Assembly (NCBI GenBank): GCA_963760125.1
Contig: CAVXBV010000012.1
Coordinates: 9,355 to 73,354 of the forward strand
Direction of reading: 5' to 3'
DNA: 64,000 bases
Source of the DNA: an uncultured Actinomycetota bacterium
GTDB lineage: Bacteria; Actinomycetota; Actinomycetes; Mycobacteriales; SCTD01
Shown here: piece after piece, positions 37,177 through 46,110 of the stretch
Layout: each line of letters opens with the position of its first letter
Position numbering within the stretch: position 1 is the stretch's first letter
Notes under the pieces: model-generated
Seen by the model: only the letters and a program-made list of their open reading frames with translations
Databases searched by the model: none
Told to the model about the DNA's origin: nothing
Made by a program: the position numbers and the translations under genes

Positions 37177-39791
37177 CACCCGTGAAGCCAAGGCGGAGGG
37201 GAGGCGTGGTGAGCCAGCTGGCTGAGCCCACGCTGCGCCTCGGGCTGTGGCGTGCGCGGGTCTCCCCGAGGATGGGCGTCCTCGTGCTCATGACCGCCCT
37301 GGCCACCCTGGCCGTGGTCTGCCTCCAAGTCCTGTGGATCGACAACGAGCGCGTCATCCAGAGCATCAGCCTGCCGTGGTGGCTGCTGCTGGCGATGTTC
37401 TGCGCGGTGGAGATGTTCGTCCTGCACGTCCAGGTCAAGCGTGAAGCCCGTACGGTGTCGATGAGCGAGATCCCGCTGGTGCTCGGCATGTTCTTCGCTC
37501 CACCCCTGACCACCGTGGCCGTCAGGGTCCTCGGAGCGGCACTGGTCTACGCCTTCTACCGGCGACAGACCCCGCTGAAGCTCTTCTTCAACACTGCGTT
37601 GAACGCCGCGGAGACCGCGGTGGCCCTGGTGCTCTTCCGGCTGGTGGCCACGGACATGCACGGCGTCGGCGGTCGCGCCTATCTCGGGGCCTACCTCGGC
37701 GCTGCCGTCGCGAGCGCTCTGGCGGCGATCTCGGTGGTGGTCGTCATCTACTTCTACGAGGGCGTGCTGCGGCCGCGCGACGTGCTCGACTCGTTGCGCT
37801 CCGCCGTGCCCGTCGCCGCCCTGACGACGACGATGGGGCTCATCGCGTCCGCCTGTCTGATCCTGGACCTGGGCACGAGCTGGCTGCTCGGCATCGCGGC
37901 CGTCGTCGTGGTGATGGCCTACCGGGCCTACGCCTCGCTGTCGGAGCGCCACCTCTCTCTCGAGCGCCTCTACCGCTTCAGCCAGGTCGTGGGCGCGAAG
38001 CCCGAGATCGAGGGCGTCATGCGCAGCGTGCTCGGGCAGGCCCGCGACCTACTGCGGGCTGAGCGCGCTGAGCTGACCTTCGTCCCGGGGGAGGGCAATG
38101 GGCTGCGGGTCATCTTCGACGGCGGCGACCGGCTCATCCGTGAGGAGGCGTCGCTCCCGCAGGAGGACTGGCTGTGGAAGCAGGTCGTGTCGGTCAACGC
38201 ACCCGTTCTTCTCCAGCGGGGGAGCAAGGTCGCGGGCGCCCAGGCCTACCTCGCCGGCCGGGGGATGAGCGAGGCCATCGTGGCTCCGCTCCGCGGTGAG
38301 TCCGGCGTGGTCGGCCTGGTCACCGTCGGCGACCGGATGGGAAGCGTCCGCTCCTTCGACGCCAGCGACGTCCAGCTGCTCGAGACCGTGGCAAACCACG
38401 CCTCGGTCGCGCTGGAGCACGGGCGCCTCGTCGACCGCCTGCGCCACGAGGCCCTGCACGACAGCCTGACCGGTCTGCCGAACCGGGCGGCTCTCGAAGC
38501 AGCCATCGGAGCCGCTCTCGCCGCCCGCGCACCGACCGCCGGGGTGGGGCTGCTCCTCATGGACCTGGACGGGTTCAAGGAGGTCAACGACACGCTCGGC
38601 CATCTGCATGGCGACCTCCTGCTCATCGAGGTCGGTCGTCGGCTTCGGGCGACGGTGCCCGCTGAAGCGTTTGTCGCCCGGCTCGGTGGTGATGAGTTCG
38701 CGGTGCTCCTGCCCGGCATCGCCGATGCCGACGAGGCGCTGCGGGTCGCGCGTGACGTGCTGACGGCTCTCGAGGTCCCCGCGCGGGTGGAGGACGTTCG
38801 CCTCGAGATCGGCGGCAGCATCGGGATCGCCCTCGCGCCGCTGCACGGTCGCGAGGTGGGGGCCCTCCTCAAGGCCGCGGACGTCGCCATGTACTCCGCC
38901 AAGGCCGGCCGCCGCGGGGTCGAGGTCTACCGACGCGACCTCGACGGCAACGACCCGGCCCGGCTGCTGCTGGCGACGCAACTCAGGGAGGCCCTCGTCG
39001 GGGACGAGCTCGTGGTCTACGCCCAGCCGTTGGCACGCCTGGCCGACGGGTCCGTCGCGGGCGTCGAGCTGCTCGTCCGCTGGCAGCACCCTGACCACGG
39101 CCTCATGCTCCCCGACAGCTTCATCCCCATCGCGGAGAAGACCGGGCTGCTGCGGCCACTCACGACCACGGTGCTGGGGGAGGGCGTTGCCGCCTGCGCC
39201 CGTTGGCTGGCCGAGGGCCGACGTCTGTCGGTGTCGGTGAACCTGTCGCCGCGCTCCCTGCTCGACCCCGACCTGGTGACGGACGTCGCGGCCCTGCTGC
39301 GGCTGCACGGTGTCCCGGCCGAGCTGCTCATCCTGGAGATCACCGAGTCCGGGGTCATCTCCGAGCTGGCTGACACGATGGCGGTCCTGACCAGCCTGCG
39401 CGCCCTCGGGGTGCAGCTCTCGGTGGACGACTTCGGGACCGGCTACAGCTCCCTGAGCTACTTGTCTCGCCTGCCCGTCAACGAGGTCAAGATCGACCGC
39501 TCGTTCGTGGCCGCCATGGAGGCCGATCCGCAGGCCGTCGCCATCGTTCAGTCGGTCGTGGACCTCGGCCAGAACCTGGGGCTGCGCGTGGTGGCCGAGG
39601 GGGTGGAGAGCACGGCCGCGTGGGACCTGCTCGCCAGCATGGGCTGCAACATCGCGCAGGGCTTCCTCATGGCTCGTCCGATGCCGGTGGCCGCGATCAG
39701 CACCTGGCTGGACGGCTGCGGCGGGAACGCCCGTCCGCCGGACGCGACGGTCGCTCCGCGGTTGCGCGTGGTCGGTTCCCGCACGCCCTGA
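37173..39791 (+). CDS. Membrane-bound GAF-GGDEF-EAL signalling protein (c-di-GMP turnover)
   Basis: N-terminal multi-TM region and a GAF-like middle. GGDEF: LTGLPNRAA...DLDGFKEVNDTLGHLHGDLLL...RLGGDEFAVLL. EAL: QPLARLADGSVAGVELLVRW...EITES...LSVDDFGTGYSSLSYL..LPVNEVKIDRSF. The start may be GTG 37206/37209, after GGAGGGGAGG. Confidence 0.9.
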   Translation: MTPVKPRRRGGVVSQLAEPTLRLGLWRARVSPRMGVLVLMTALATLAVVCLQVLWIDNERVIQSISLPWWLLLAMFCAVEMFVLHVQVKREARTVSMSEIPLVLGMFFAPPLTTVAVRVLGAALVYAFYRRQTPLKLFFNTALNAAETAVALVLFRLVATDMHGVGGRAYLGAYLGAAVASALAAISVVVVIYFYEGVLRPRDVLDSLRSAVPVAALTTTMGLIASACLILDLGTSWLLGIAAVVVVMAYRAYASLSERHLSLERLYRFSQVVGAKPEIEGVMRSVLGQARDLLRAERAELTFVPGEGNGLRVIFDGGDRLIREEASLPQEDWLWKQVVSVNAPVLLQRGSKVAGAQAYLAGRGMSEAIVAPLRGESGVVGLVTVGDRMGSVRSFDASDVQLLETVANHASVALEHGRLVDRLRHEALHDSLTGLPNRAALEAAIGAALAARAPTAGVGLLLMDLDGFKEVNDTLGHLHGDLLLIEVGRRLRATVPAEAFVARLGGDEFAVLLPGIADADEALRVARDVLTALEVPARVEDVRLEIGGSIGIALAPLHGREVGALLKAADVAMYSAKAGRRGVEVYRRDLDGNDPARLLLATQLREALVGDELVVYAQPLARLADGSVAGVELLVRWQHPDHGLMLPDSFIPIAEKTGLLRPLTTTVLGEGVAACARWLAEGRRLSVSVNLSPRSLLDPDLVTDVAALLRLHGVPAELLILEITESGVISELADTMAVLTSLRALGVQLSVDDFGTGYSSLSYLSRLPVNEVKIDRSFVAAMEADPQAVAIVQSVVDLGQNLGLRVVAEGVESTAAWDLLASMGCNIAQGFLMARPMPVAAISTWLDGCGGNARPPDATVAPRLRVVGSRTP

Positions 39792-39797
39792 GGACGC

Positions 39798-40556
39798 TCA
39801 GGCAGGGCCGAGGGCTCTGCGGGTGGCCTGCTCGGCGTCCTGCAGCCCTTGACGGAGCCCCTCGACCTCGCTGGTCAAGGAAGCGAGGTCGGCCGGACTC
39901 GGGTCGAGCTGTCCGACCGCGGCGGCTGTGGCCCGGACCTCCGCGACCCGCGCAACCAGCCCTTCGAGCCCCAGCGCGCTCGACTGCAGGCGGTCGGCGA
40001 GCTGCTGCTGGGTGGCCCGCAGACGGTCGCGTACGGCGAGCCGGTCGGCCACCGCGTCCGCAGAGCGGCGCGCGGGGCTGTCCGCGGGCGAACGCTCGGC
40101 GGCGGCCCGCAGCCGGGCTACTTCGCCCTCGAGGTCGACGCCGTCGGCGCGGTTGAGGGCTCCCGCGACCGCCACGGTCTGCCCGCCGAGCCGGCGCATC
40201 GTCTGCAGGACGGCGTCGGCCTCGGCAGCGGCGCGTGCCGTGGCCAGGTCGGTCGCGCTGAGCGGGGTGCCCGTGGCCATGTCGTCGAGCTGCTGGACCG
40301 CGCGTTCGGCGCGGGCCAGCCAGAACGCGGCGGCGGTCCCGTCCGGCGGGCGGGGGAGGCGAACGGGCGCCGACGTGGTGCGCCCGGCGCCCTCACCGAG
40401 GAGCACTCCGGTGGCGACCTTCACGCCGTACACGGCGGCGCCGATGGCCACACCCACGACCAGGCCGGCGCCCGGGAGGACGCCGGCGACACCGCCCACG
40501 ACCCCCGCGATGAGCAGCCCCCAGGGGTCTGAGGCTTCGCGGGTGATCCGGCCCAT
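39798..40556 (-). CDS. Hypothetical membrane-anchored coiled-coil protein (Gly-zipper TM, Ala/Arg-rich helices)
   Basis: ATG 40556-40554 shares one nt with the vWA gene stop (TGATG). MGRITREASDPWGLLIAGVVGGVAGVLPGAGLVVGVAIGAAVYGV, followed by long helical repeats. The upstream part of ORF 39798-41000 is out-of-frame overlap. Confidence 0.6.
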   Translation of the reverse strand: MGRITREASDPWGLLIAGVVGGVAGVLPGAGLVVGVAIGAAVYGVKVATGVLLGEGAGRTTSAPVRLPRPPDGTAAAFWLARAERAVQQLDDMATGTPLSATDLATARAAAEADAVLQTMRRLGGQTVAVAGALNRADGVDLEGEVARLRAAAERSPADSPARRSADAVADRLAVRDRLRATQQQLADRLQSSALGLEGLVARVAEVRATAAAVGQLDPSPADLASLTSEVEGLRQGLQDAEQATRRALGPA

Positions 40557-42364
40557 CAGAAGTTGGACAGGACCGCGGTGAAGACCTTGTCGATGGACGC
40601 GGGAGAGGAGGCGTCGTACGCCACCCCTCGGGCGGCATCCGCGACGCTGCGCAGCGTCGGCAGGTCGGCGTCCTGGCCGTACCCGATCGGGAAGAACCGG
40701 ACGGACCGTGCGGTGTCCTCGGGGGCGAGCTGGCGCAGCAGGCTGGTGAGGTCGTTGTCGGCCGGGTACTCGTTCTGCCCGTCGGTCAGCAGCACCACCG
40801 CGCTGATCGTCGAGGGGGAGACCTTGTCGGCCATCGTGCGGAAGGCCGCCCGGGCGGTGGCGTAGAGCGCCGTCCCGCCGCGGGGCGACAGGCCCGCGAT
40901 CTGCTTCTGCAGCAACGGTCGGGCCCGGGCGATGGGGGTGAACGGCACGAGCTCGCGGTAGGGCTCGGCCGCGCCGTTCAGCGGCGTGGAGAACGACCAC
41001 AGGGCGACGTCGTCGTTGGGTCCGAACTCGCCGAGCGCACGCAGCGCGGCCTTCTTGGCGGTCTCGAGCTTGGTGTCACCGTTGCCCGCGTCGTCACCCA
41101 TCGACCCTGAGGTGTCGATCACCAGCAGGACCCGGGCGCCCTTGCGCTGGGCGTTCCACAGCGCCGCGACCTGCGCCAGGACCTTGGGAGCCGGCGGACG
41201 CAGGACCGTCGTGGGCTGCTGGGGGAGCAGACCGTTGGCCTCGGTGATCAGCGGCCCGGGGGTGTTGTCGCTGCTGCGGAAAGCGGCAGCCGCGAGCTGC
41301 TTTTGTGTGTCGCCGTCCTGCAGCACCTTCAGGAAGGCTGCCGCGCCGGTCCGCACCTCGTCGGTGACCCAGTCGCCCTGCAGCACGGCATAGGGGGAGT
41401 CGGACAGCAGCGTCCCCTCCTTGGGGTAGATGGCGACCAGGGGGATCTTGGGCTTGGCGTGCTGGCCGAGGGTCTTGGGGTCGCCGGTGGGGTTGCCCTG
41501 GTTGTAGTCCCAGACCGACTTCTCCTCGACGGCGACGGCGCTGATGTAGGACAGCCCCTGCCCCCGGTCGTCCGCCTTCTGCAGGTTGGACAAGAACGTG
41601 AGCGTCGTGTCGCCGTAGTGCACGACGGCGTTCTCGACAGCCCGGGCGTAGGCCTGGACCTTGGGGTCCTTGAGCTCGTCCAGGGTGAGGTCGCTGGAGG
41701 ACCCGGTGGCGGCGACGTACGTCCCGATGGTGGCGTTCAGGCCCGAGGTGCTGAAATTGGGGTTGGTCTTGCCCAGGGTGAACGCGCCGAACTTCTCGCC
41801 CACGCTGGCCCAGCCGCGCGGGTCCTGCGCCAGGCGGTAGACGTCGCCCCAGCCGAGCGGTTTGCTCGGCCAGCCCAGCGCGACCGCCATGGGCTTGGGC
41901 ATGGCGATGACCAGCGGGGAGTTGGCCAGCGACGGCAGCGCACCGTCGCCGATGAGGTCGGGCTTGTCCTGCGTGCTGGTCTTCTGCCGCAGCAGCTGCG
42001 TCCAGGAGCTCGCCGCCGGCGACCAGACATCGGGACGGGGTCCGTCCACCGCCTCGTCCCAGCCGCGGGCGAGCGCCTCCGCGGCGCCGCCACTGGACTT
42101 GCTGACCACGGCGGCGGTGAAGCACGTGCCGTCCACCTTCGTGCCGTTCCACGTCTGAGCGATCTGCTGCATCAGCGCGGCCTTCTCCGAGCTGGCCGCG
42201 ATGGTGATGGTGGTGCAGCCGTCGGTGTTCGCACTCGGTGAGGTGCCCGGCGCGCCGGCGTCGTTGCTCCCGCTACCGGTCACGCTGCGCACGACCAGGA
42301 TCAGCGCGACCCCAGCGATCGCCGCGATCACCAGCGGACCGCGTCGCGGACTGCCCTCAGCCAT
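40556..42364 (-). CDS. Solute-binding-like plus von Willebrand factor A domain secreted/anchored protein
   Basis: N-terminal TM/signal. Periplasmic-binding-like region (ITIAASSEKAAL...PLVIAMP). C-terminal vWA with MIDAS motif LLVIDTSGSMGD...ALWSF...AVVLLTDGQNE. Confidence 0.8.
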   Translation of the reverse strand: MAEGSPRRGPLVIAAIAGVALILVVRSVTGSGSNDAGAPGTSPSANTDGCTTITIAASSEKAALMQQIAQTWNGTKVDGTCFTAAVVSKSSGGAAEALARGWDEAVDGPRPDVWSPAASSWTQLLRQKTSTQDKPDLIGDGALPSLANSPLVIAMPKPMAVALGWPSKPLGWGDVYRLAQDPRGWASVGEKFGAFTLGKTNPNFSTSGLNATIGTYVAATGSSSDLTLDELKDPKVQAYARAVENAVVHYGDTTLTFLSNLQKADDRGQGLSYISAVAVEEKSVWDYNQGNPTGDPKTLGQHAKPKIPLVAIYPKEGTLLSDSPYAVLQGDWVTDEVRTGAAAFLKVLQDGDTQKQLAAAAFRSSDNTPGPLITEANGLLPQQPTTVLRPPAPKVLAQVAALWNAQRKGARVLLVIDTSGSMGDDAGNGDTKLETAKKAALRALGEFGPNDDVALWSFSTPLNGAAEPYRELVPFTPIARARPLLQKQIAGLSPRGGTALYATARAAFRTMADKVSPSTISAVVLLTDGQNEYPADNDLTSLLRQLAPEDTARSVRFFPIGYGQDADLPTLRSVADAARGVAYDASSPASIDKVFTAVLSNF

Positions 42365-42446
42365 GTGACCCCCTGCTCGGTGTGAGCCTCATCCTCACAC
42401 CTGCCTGTGACGTCTGGGGGACCGACCCGCACCCGTCCTGTCCGTG

Positions 42447-42474
42447 ACTTGACATAATGTCGATTATCGGCGCC
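42447..42474 (-). other. Candidate dif site (XerC/XerD chromosome dimer resolution site)
   Basis: The minus strand reads GGCGCCGATAA-TCGACA-TTATGTCAAGT. This has 11-6-11 architecture and matches E. coli dif GGTGCGCATAA-TGTATA-TTATGTTAAAT at 20/28 (9/11 in the XerD arm). It is intergenic, AT-rich in a GC-rich genome, and close to a gene-orientation switch. Confidence 0.6.
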
Positions 42475-42558
42475 ACGCTGCCTGCTTCGGGGAACCGCCG
42501 CTCCGCAGCACAGCGTTCAGGCCGGACGTCGGTCCGTCGACGTCCCGAGGTCGCGCCC

Positions 42559-44616
42559 TCAGGCCCGCTGGCGCCGTACGGCGAAACCCGCCAGCAGGAG
42601 CAGCAGCCCGCCGAGGGCCGCCAGCGGCGCGCCACCGGTTGCGGCGAGCGGTGCGCCGCCGGCCGACGGCGTTGACGGGACGGTCGGCACCGTGGGCACC
42701 GTCGGCACCGCGGGAGTCACCGGCCGGGCAACAGGCGTCGTGGTGTCGAAGGCCTTGAACAGCGTCTTGCCGCTGGTCTGCCGGATGATCGCCCCGTGGT
42801 TGACGAGCTTGTTGGCCGAGACCGCCGTGCTGGCGACGCAGTCGTTGCCCGACTCCGTCTCCGGGCCGACGCAGCCGTCCGCGAAGCCGACCATCACGCG
42901 ACCGGTCTTGTCGATCGTCATCCCGTTGAAGTCCAGCAGGTTGCGGCACGGGTTCCCGCCGCCGGAGTTCCAGATGCACCCACGCTGCACCGGGTCCTTC
43001 GGGGTGGCGTCGACGGTGGTCCAGGTCTTTCCGCGGTCGTAGGTCGTGGACAGGTACATGTGCCACGCCGCCCCCACGAACGTGTCGCGCTCGGCGTTCT
43101 TGCCGAACGACGCCGCCTGCGTGGAGCCGGGCGTGGTCGTGCCGAGGAAGGCCACGCTGGCGCGGTCGCCGTCACCGGCGACGACCATGGCGAACTCGCT
43201 GTTGCGGACCCCGAACGGGACCCCGAGGTCGACGCTCTTGGACCACGTCAGGCCGTGGTCGCGGGAGACGGCCACACGCGGGTGACCGGTGCCGTCGCTG
43301 TAGGAGTAGTAGACGGTGCCGTCGCTGCCGACGCCGACGTAGGGGTCGCTCTCCCCCGACAGGCTGTCCGGGATGGTCCGCACGGCCCACGTCTGGCCGG
43401 CGTCGAGGGACACCGCGACGCCCTGCTTGTCGCCGCACTTGGCGTTGGGGAGGTAGACCGCTCCGTCGCTCGGCCCGACCTGCACGTGGCCGTGGATCCC
43501 GGTGCACTCGGCGTCCCAGGTGGCGACCGGGTTGTTGAAGGTCAGGCTGCCGTCGTCGCTGCGAGCGCACGTCGCGCCACCGAGGACCAGCCCCTGGCCC
43601 TGCGCGCAGTAGTAGACCGCGTGCGGGTAGAGCGCGCCGGCCAGCGGGTTAGGGGCCTCCTTGGGGTACGGGCCACCGCCGAACGTCTGGTGGTCGAACC
43701 CGTTGACCCCTGAGCCGCAGCCCTCCGCCGGGACGGCCGTCGTCTGGAAGTCGTCGTCGGTGTACGCCGAGGCGCTACACGCCAGGTAGAGCTGACTGAC
43801 GACGGTCCGGCCCGTGACGTGGTCGGTGAAGCCGATCGGGTCCAGGCTGATCTTGTTGGACGGGTCGGTGATGTCGGTGTTCACGACCGTCCAGGTCGAG
43901 GTCCCCTTGCGGTCGTCGAACGCCACGACGTACTCGTCGGTGTTGGAGGTGAACAGCGTGTTGCCGGTCTTCCAGTTGTTGCCGATGCTCGGCTCGCCGG
44001 CGTTGGTCGACTCGGTCTTGGGCGCCGTGTACTGCCGGTAGGTCGGCGCGACCACGCCCTTCGCCTTCGGGAACAGCGCCGGCGTCACGACGTACGCGGT
44101 CGCTGTCCCGACGTACGGCGTGCCCTTCGGGGTGTTCTGGAAGGCGCAGACCAGGACGTTGTAGGTGCCGCCGGTCCGGTCGGTGACGTTGATCCCCTCG
44201 GACAGCTGGCTGCCGTCGCTGGAGGCGACGAGCTTGCCGTCGGGGCCGAACACGTGCAGCGCCAGGTCGTCCGTGGGCTCCTTGACGGTGGCGTTCCAGC
44301 GGATCGAGAAGCGCACGAGGGTGTCGAGCTTCGGGTCGAGCTTGGGCGGGAAGGTCACCGCCACCGTGTGCTGGCTGTTCAGCGTCGTGTTGCTCGGGTC
44401 GCACGAGCCGGTCGGGTCGTCGACCGCGATGCCGCCGGTGTTGTTGGCGAACGGCGCGGTGGCGTCCCACGTGACCGCACGCTGCCCGGGGGCGCTCGGG
44501 ACGGCCAGCGAGGACTGGGCGGTGGCGGCCTGACCGGGCGAGGCACCGACGGCCGCAGCGGCGGCGACGACAGCGGAGAGGGCAAGCGCGAGGCGCAGCC
44601 GCGGGGCGTGCGACAT
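42559..44616 (-). CDS. Cell-wall-anchored BNR/Asp-box repeat (sialidase-like beta-propeller) protein with LAXTG sorting signal
   Basis: Signal peptide MSHAPRLRLALALSAVVAAAAAVGA. Asp-boxes: SDDGSLTF, SLDAGQTW, SRDHGLTW, TYDRGKTW. C-terminus LAATGGAPLAALGGLLLLLAGFAVRRQRA. Confidence 0.8.
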   Translation of the reverse strand: MSHAPRLRLALALSAVVAAAAAVGASPGQAATAQSSLAVPSAPGQRAVTWDATAPFANNTGGIAVDDPTGSCDPSNTTLNSQHTVAVTFPPKLDPKLDTLVRFSIRWNATVKEPTDDLALHVFGPDGKLVASSDGSQLSEGINVTDRTGGTYNVLVCAFQNTPKGTPYVGTATAYVVTPALFPKAKGVVAPTYRQYTAPKTESTNAGEPSIGNNWKTGNTLFTSNTDEYVVAFDDRKGTSTWTVVNTDITDPSNKISLDPIGFTDHVTGRTVVSQLYLACSASAYTDDDFQTTAVPAEGCGSGVNGFDHQTFGGGPYPKEAPNPLAGALYPHAVYYCAQGQGLVLGGATCARSDDGSLTFNNPVATWDAECTGIHGHVQVGPSDGAVYLPNAKCGDKQGVAVSLDAGQTWAVRTIPDSLSGESDPYVGVGSDGTVYYSYSDGTGHPRVAVSRDHGLTWSKSVDLGVPFGVRNSEFAMVVAGDGDRASVAFLGTTTPGSTQAASFGKNAERDTFVGAAWHMYLSTTYDRGKTWTTVDATPKDPVQRGCIWNSGGGNPCRNLLDFNGMTIDKTGRVMVGFADGCVGPETESGNDCVASTAVSANKLVNHGAIIRQTSGKTLFKAFDTTTPVARPVTPAVPTVPTVPTVPSTPSAGGAPLAATGGAPLAALGGLLLLLAGFAVRRQRA

Positions 44617-44730
44617 GAGGGCTCCAGCGGGTCAGGGCCGACGGCTGGGAGGCGGGCTGCCGCGTCGGGACCGGCTGAGCGTACTCCGCGACGACCTCTG
44701 CCTGAGGTGCTTTCGGCGGAGCTCCAGCGG

Positions 44731-45819
44731 TCAGGCGGACAGGCGGTGGACCTGCACGCCGCGGGCGTCCCAGACCCCGCGCTGCACGACGCGGCGTAAG
44801 GCGCGCGAGCCGTCGATCATCACGCCGTCCCCCAGGTAGAGGCCGACGTGGGCAGCGGGGGCGGGGTAGACGATGAGGTCACCCGGGCGGGCCTGCGACA
44901 GCGCGATGCGGTGGCTCGATGCGGCCAGGCCCTCTCGCCCCGGGGCGACGGAGCGTCCCCCTGCGCGGCGCCAGACGTTGCGGACCAGGTCGACGTCGGA
45001 CAGGTGCCGGTTGCCGAGGGCGGCCTGCGCCAGACGCACCGCGCGGGCCGCGGTGGCCGAAGCCGGCGCGCCCGTCCCGAGACCGCGGGGGGCGCCGACC
45101 GGGACGAAGGAGCGCCGGGCCAGCGAGGACCCCTCGGAGGGGGGGACGACGACGGCCGGAGCCGCCGGCGCCGCGGGCGCGGCTGGGGCTGGGCGGGGCT
45201 GGGGGGTGGCCGCCTGGGGGGCGGTGTCGGGTGCCTCGTCGCTGGGCGGGGCGGCGGGGTCGGCGGGCCGCGGCGCGTCGGGGCTGGCGTCGAACGGCCG
45301 GACCGCGACCATGCCGGGGCGCGGCACGCGGCCGAAGCGCACGATGTCGCCGGCCCAGACCTGCCGCTGGACGACGCCCTTGCGCGAGGACGAGGCGTCG
45401 ATCATGGTGACGGCGGCCGGCGAGCGGTGGATCACGAGGCCGACGTGCGTGACGGGATCGCCGACGAAGACCAGGTCGCCGGGCAGGACCTGCTCCTCCG
45501 GGAGTGGCACGGCCCAGGCCTGCTGCTGGCGTGAGGTGCGCGGAAGAGTGACGCCGCCCGCATCCCGCCAGATGCCCGAGGTGAAGCCGCTGCAGTCCCA
45601 GGCGCGGGGGCCGTTCCCGCCCCAGACGTAGCCGTCTCCCAGGTGCGCCCGAGCCAGCGCGACGACCGACGCCGTCGGGTCCCCCTTGCCGCCGACCGCC
45701 GCGAACGACCCTGCCGCCAGTCCAAGGCACAGCAGCAGCGCGGTGAGCAGCTGGCGCACGTCGGCGAGACGAGTGGCCGGACGCGACGTGGGCACAGGCA
45801 CCAGGAGGCTCCCTGACAA
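44731..45819 (-). CDS. NlpC/P60 family peptidoglycan hydrolase with Pro-rich linker and second degenerate NlpC/P60-like domain
   Basis: TTG start. Domain 1: YVWGGNGPRAWDCSGFTSGIW...GDLVFVGDPVTHVGLVI. Linker: PAAPPSDEAPDTAPQAATPQP. Domain 2 keeps GDLIVYPAPAAHVGLYLGDG but lacks the DCSG Cys context. Confidence 0.85.
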   Translation of the reverse strand: MSGSLLVPVPTSRPATRLADVRQLLTALLLCLGLAAGSFAAVGGKGDPTASVVALARAHLGDGYVWGGNGPRAWDCSGFTSGIWRDAGGVTLPRTSRQQQAWAVPLPEEQVLPGDLVFVGDPVTHVGLVIHRSPAAVTMIDASSSRKGVVQRQVWAGDIVRFGRVPRPGMVAVRPFDASPDAPRPADPAAPPSDEAPDTAPQAATPQPRPAPAAPAAPAAPAVVVPPSEGSSLARRSFVPVGAPRGLGTGAPASATAARAVRLAQAALGNRHLSDVDLVRNVWRRAGGRSVAPGREGLAASSHRIALSQARPGDLIVYPAPAAHVGLYLGDGVMIDGSRALRRVVQRGVWDARGVQVHRLSA

Positions 45820-46110
45820 GGGTGGGCGGACGGGTGGGGTCAGTGTGACGCAGGTGCACGTTGTGTACGGCGTGTCGCCTGGTCACCGTGTGCTTCGGCA
45901 GGTAGTGGCCAGAGCCTGAGCCCTGGGGGGACATACCGGACGCCGCGGGGCAGATCCGGCAGGGAATCTTCCGTGGGCGTTGGGCGTTGACTCCCCTGAC
46001 AGCCAGGTCTGCGTCGCCCGAGAACTCCCGTCGTGCGTAGCACCCTGAGTCCGTCGCTGAGTTCCCCCCTGAGCTCGTCACGAAGTTCGTCAAGGCAGTT
46101 GGAGGCCCCC

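Noticed and set aside
42447-42474. Reading the TTGACA inside the dif candidate as a + strand promoter -35 element.
   Set aside because: No TANNNT -10 lies at 16-18 nt spacing, and there is no + strand gene downstream. The full 28-bp symmetry is better explained as a Xer site.
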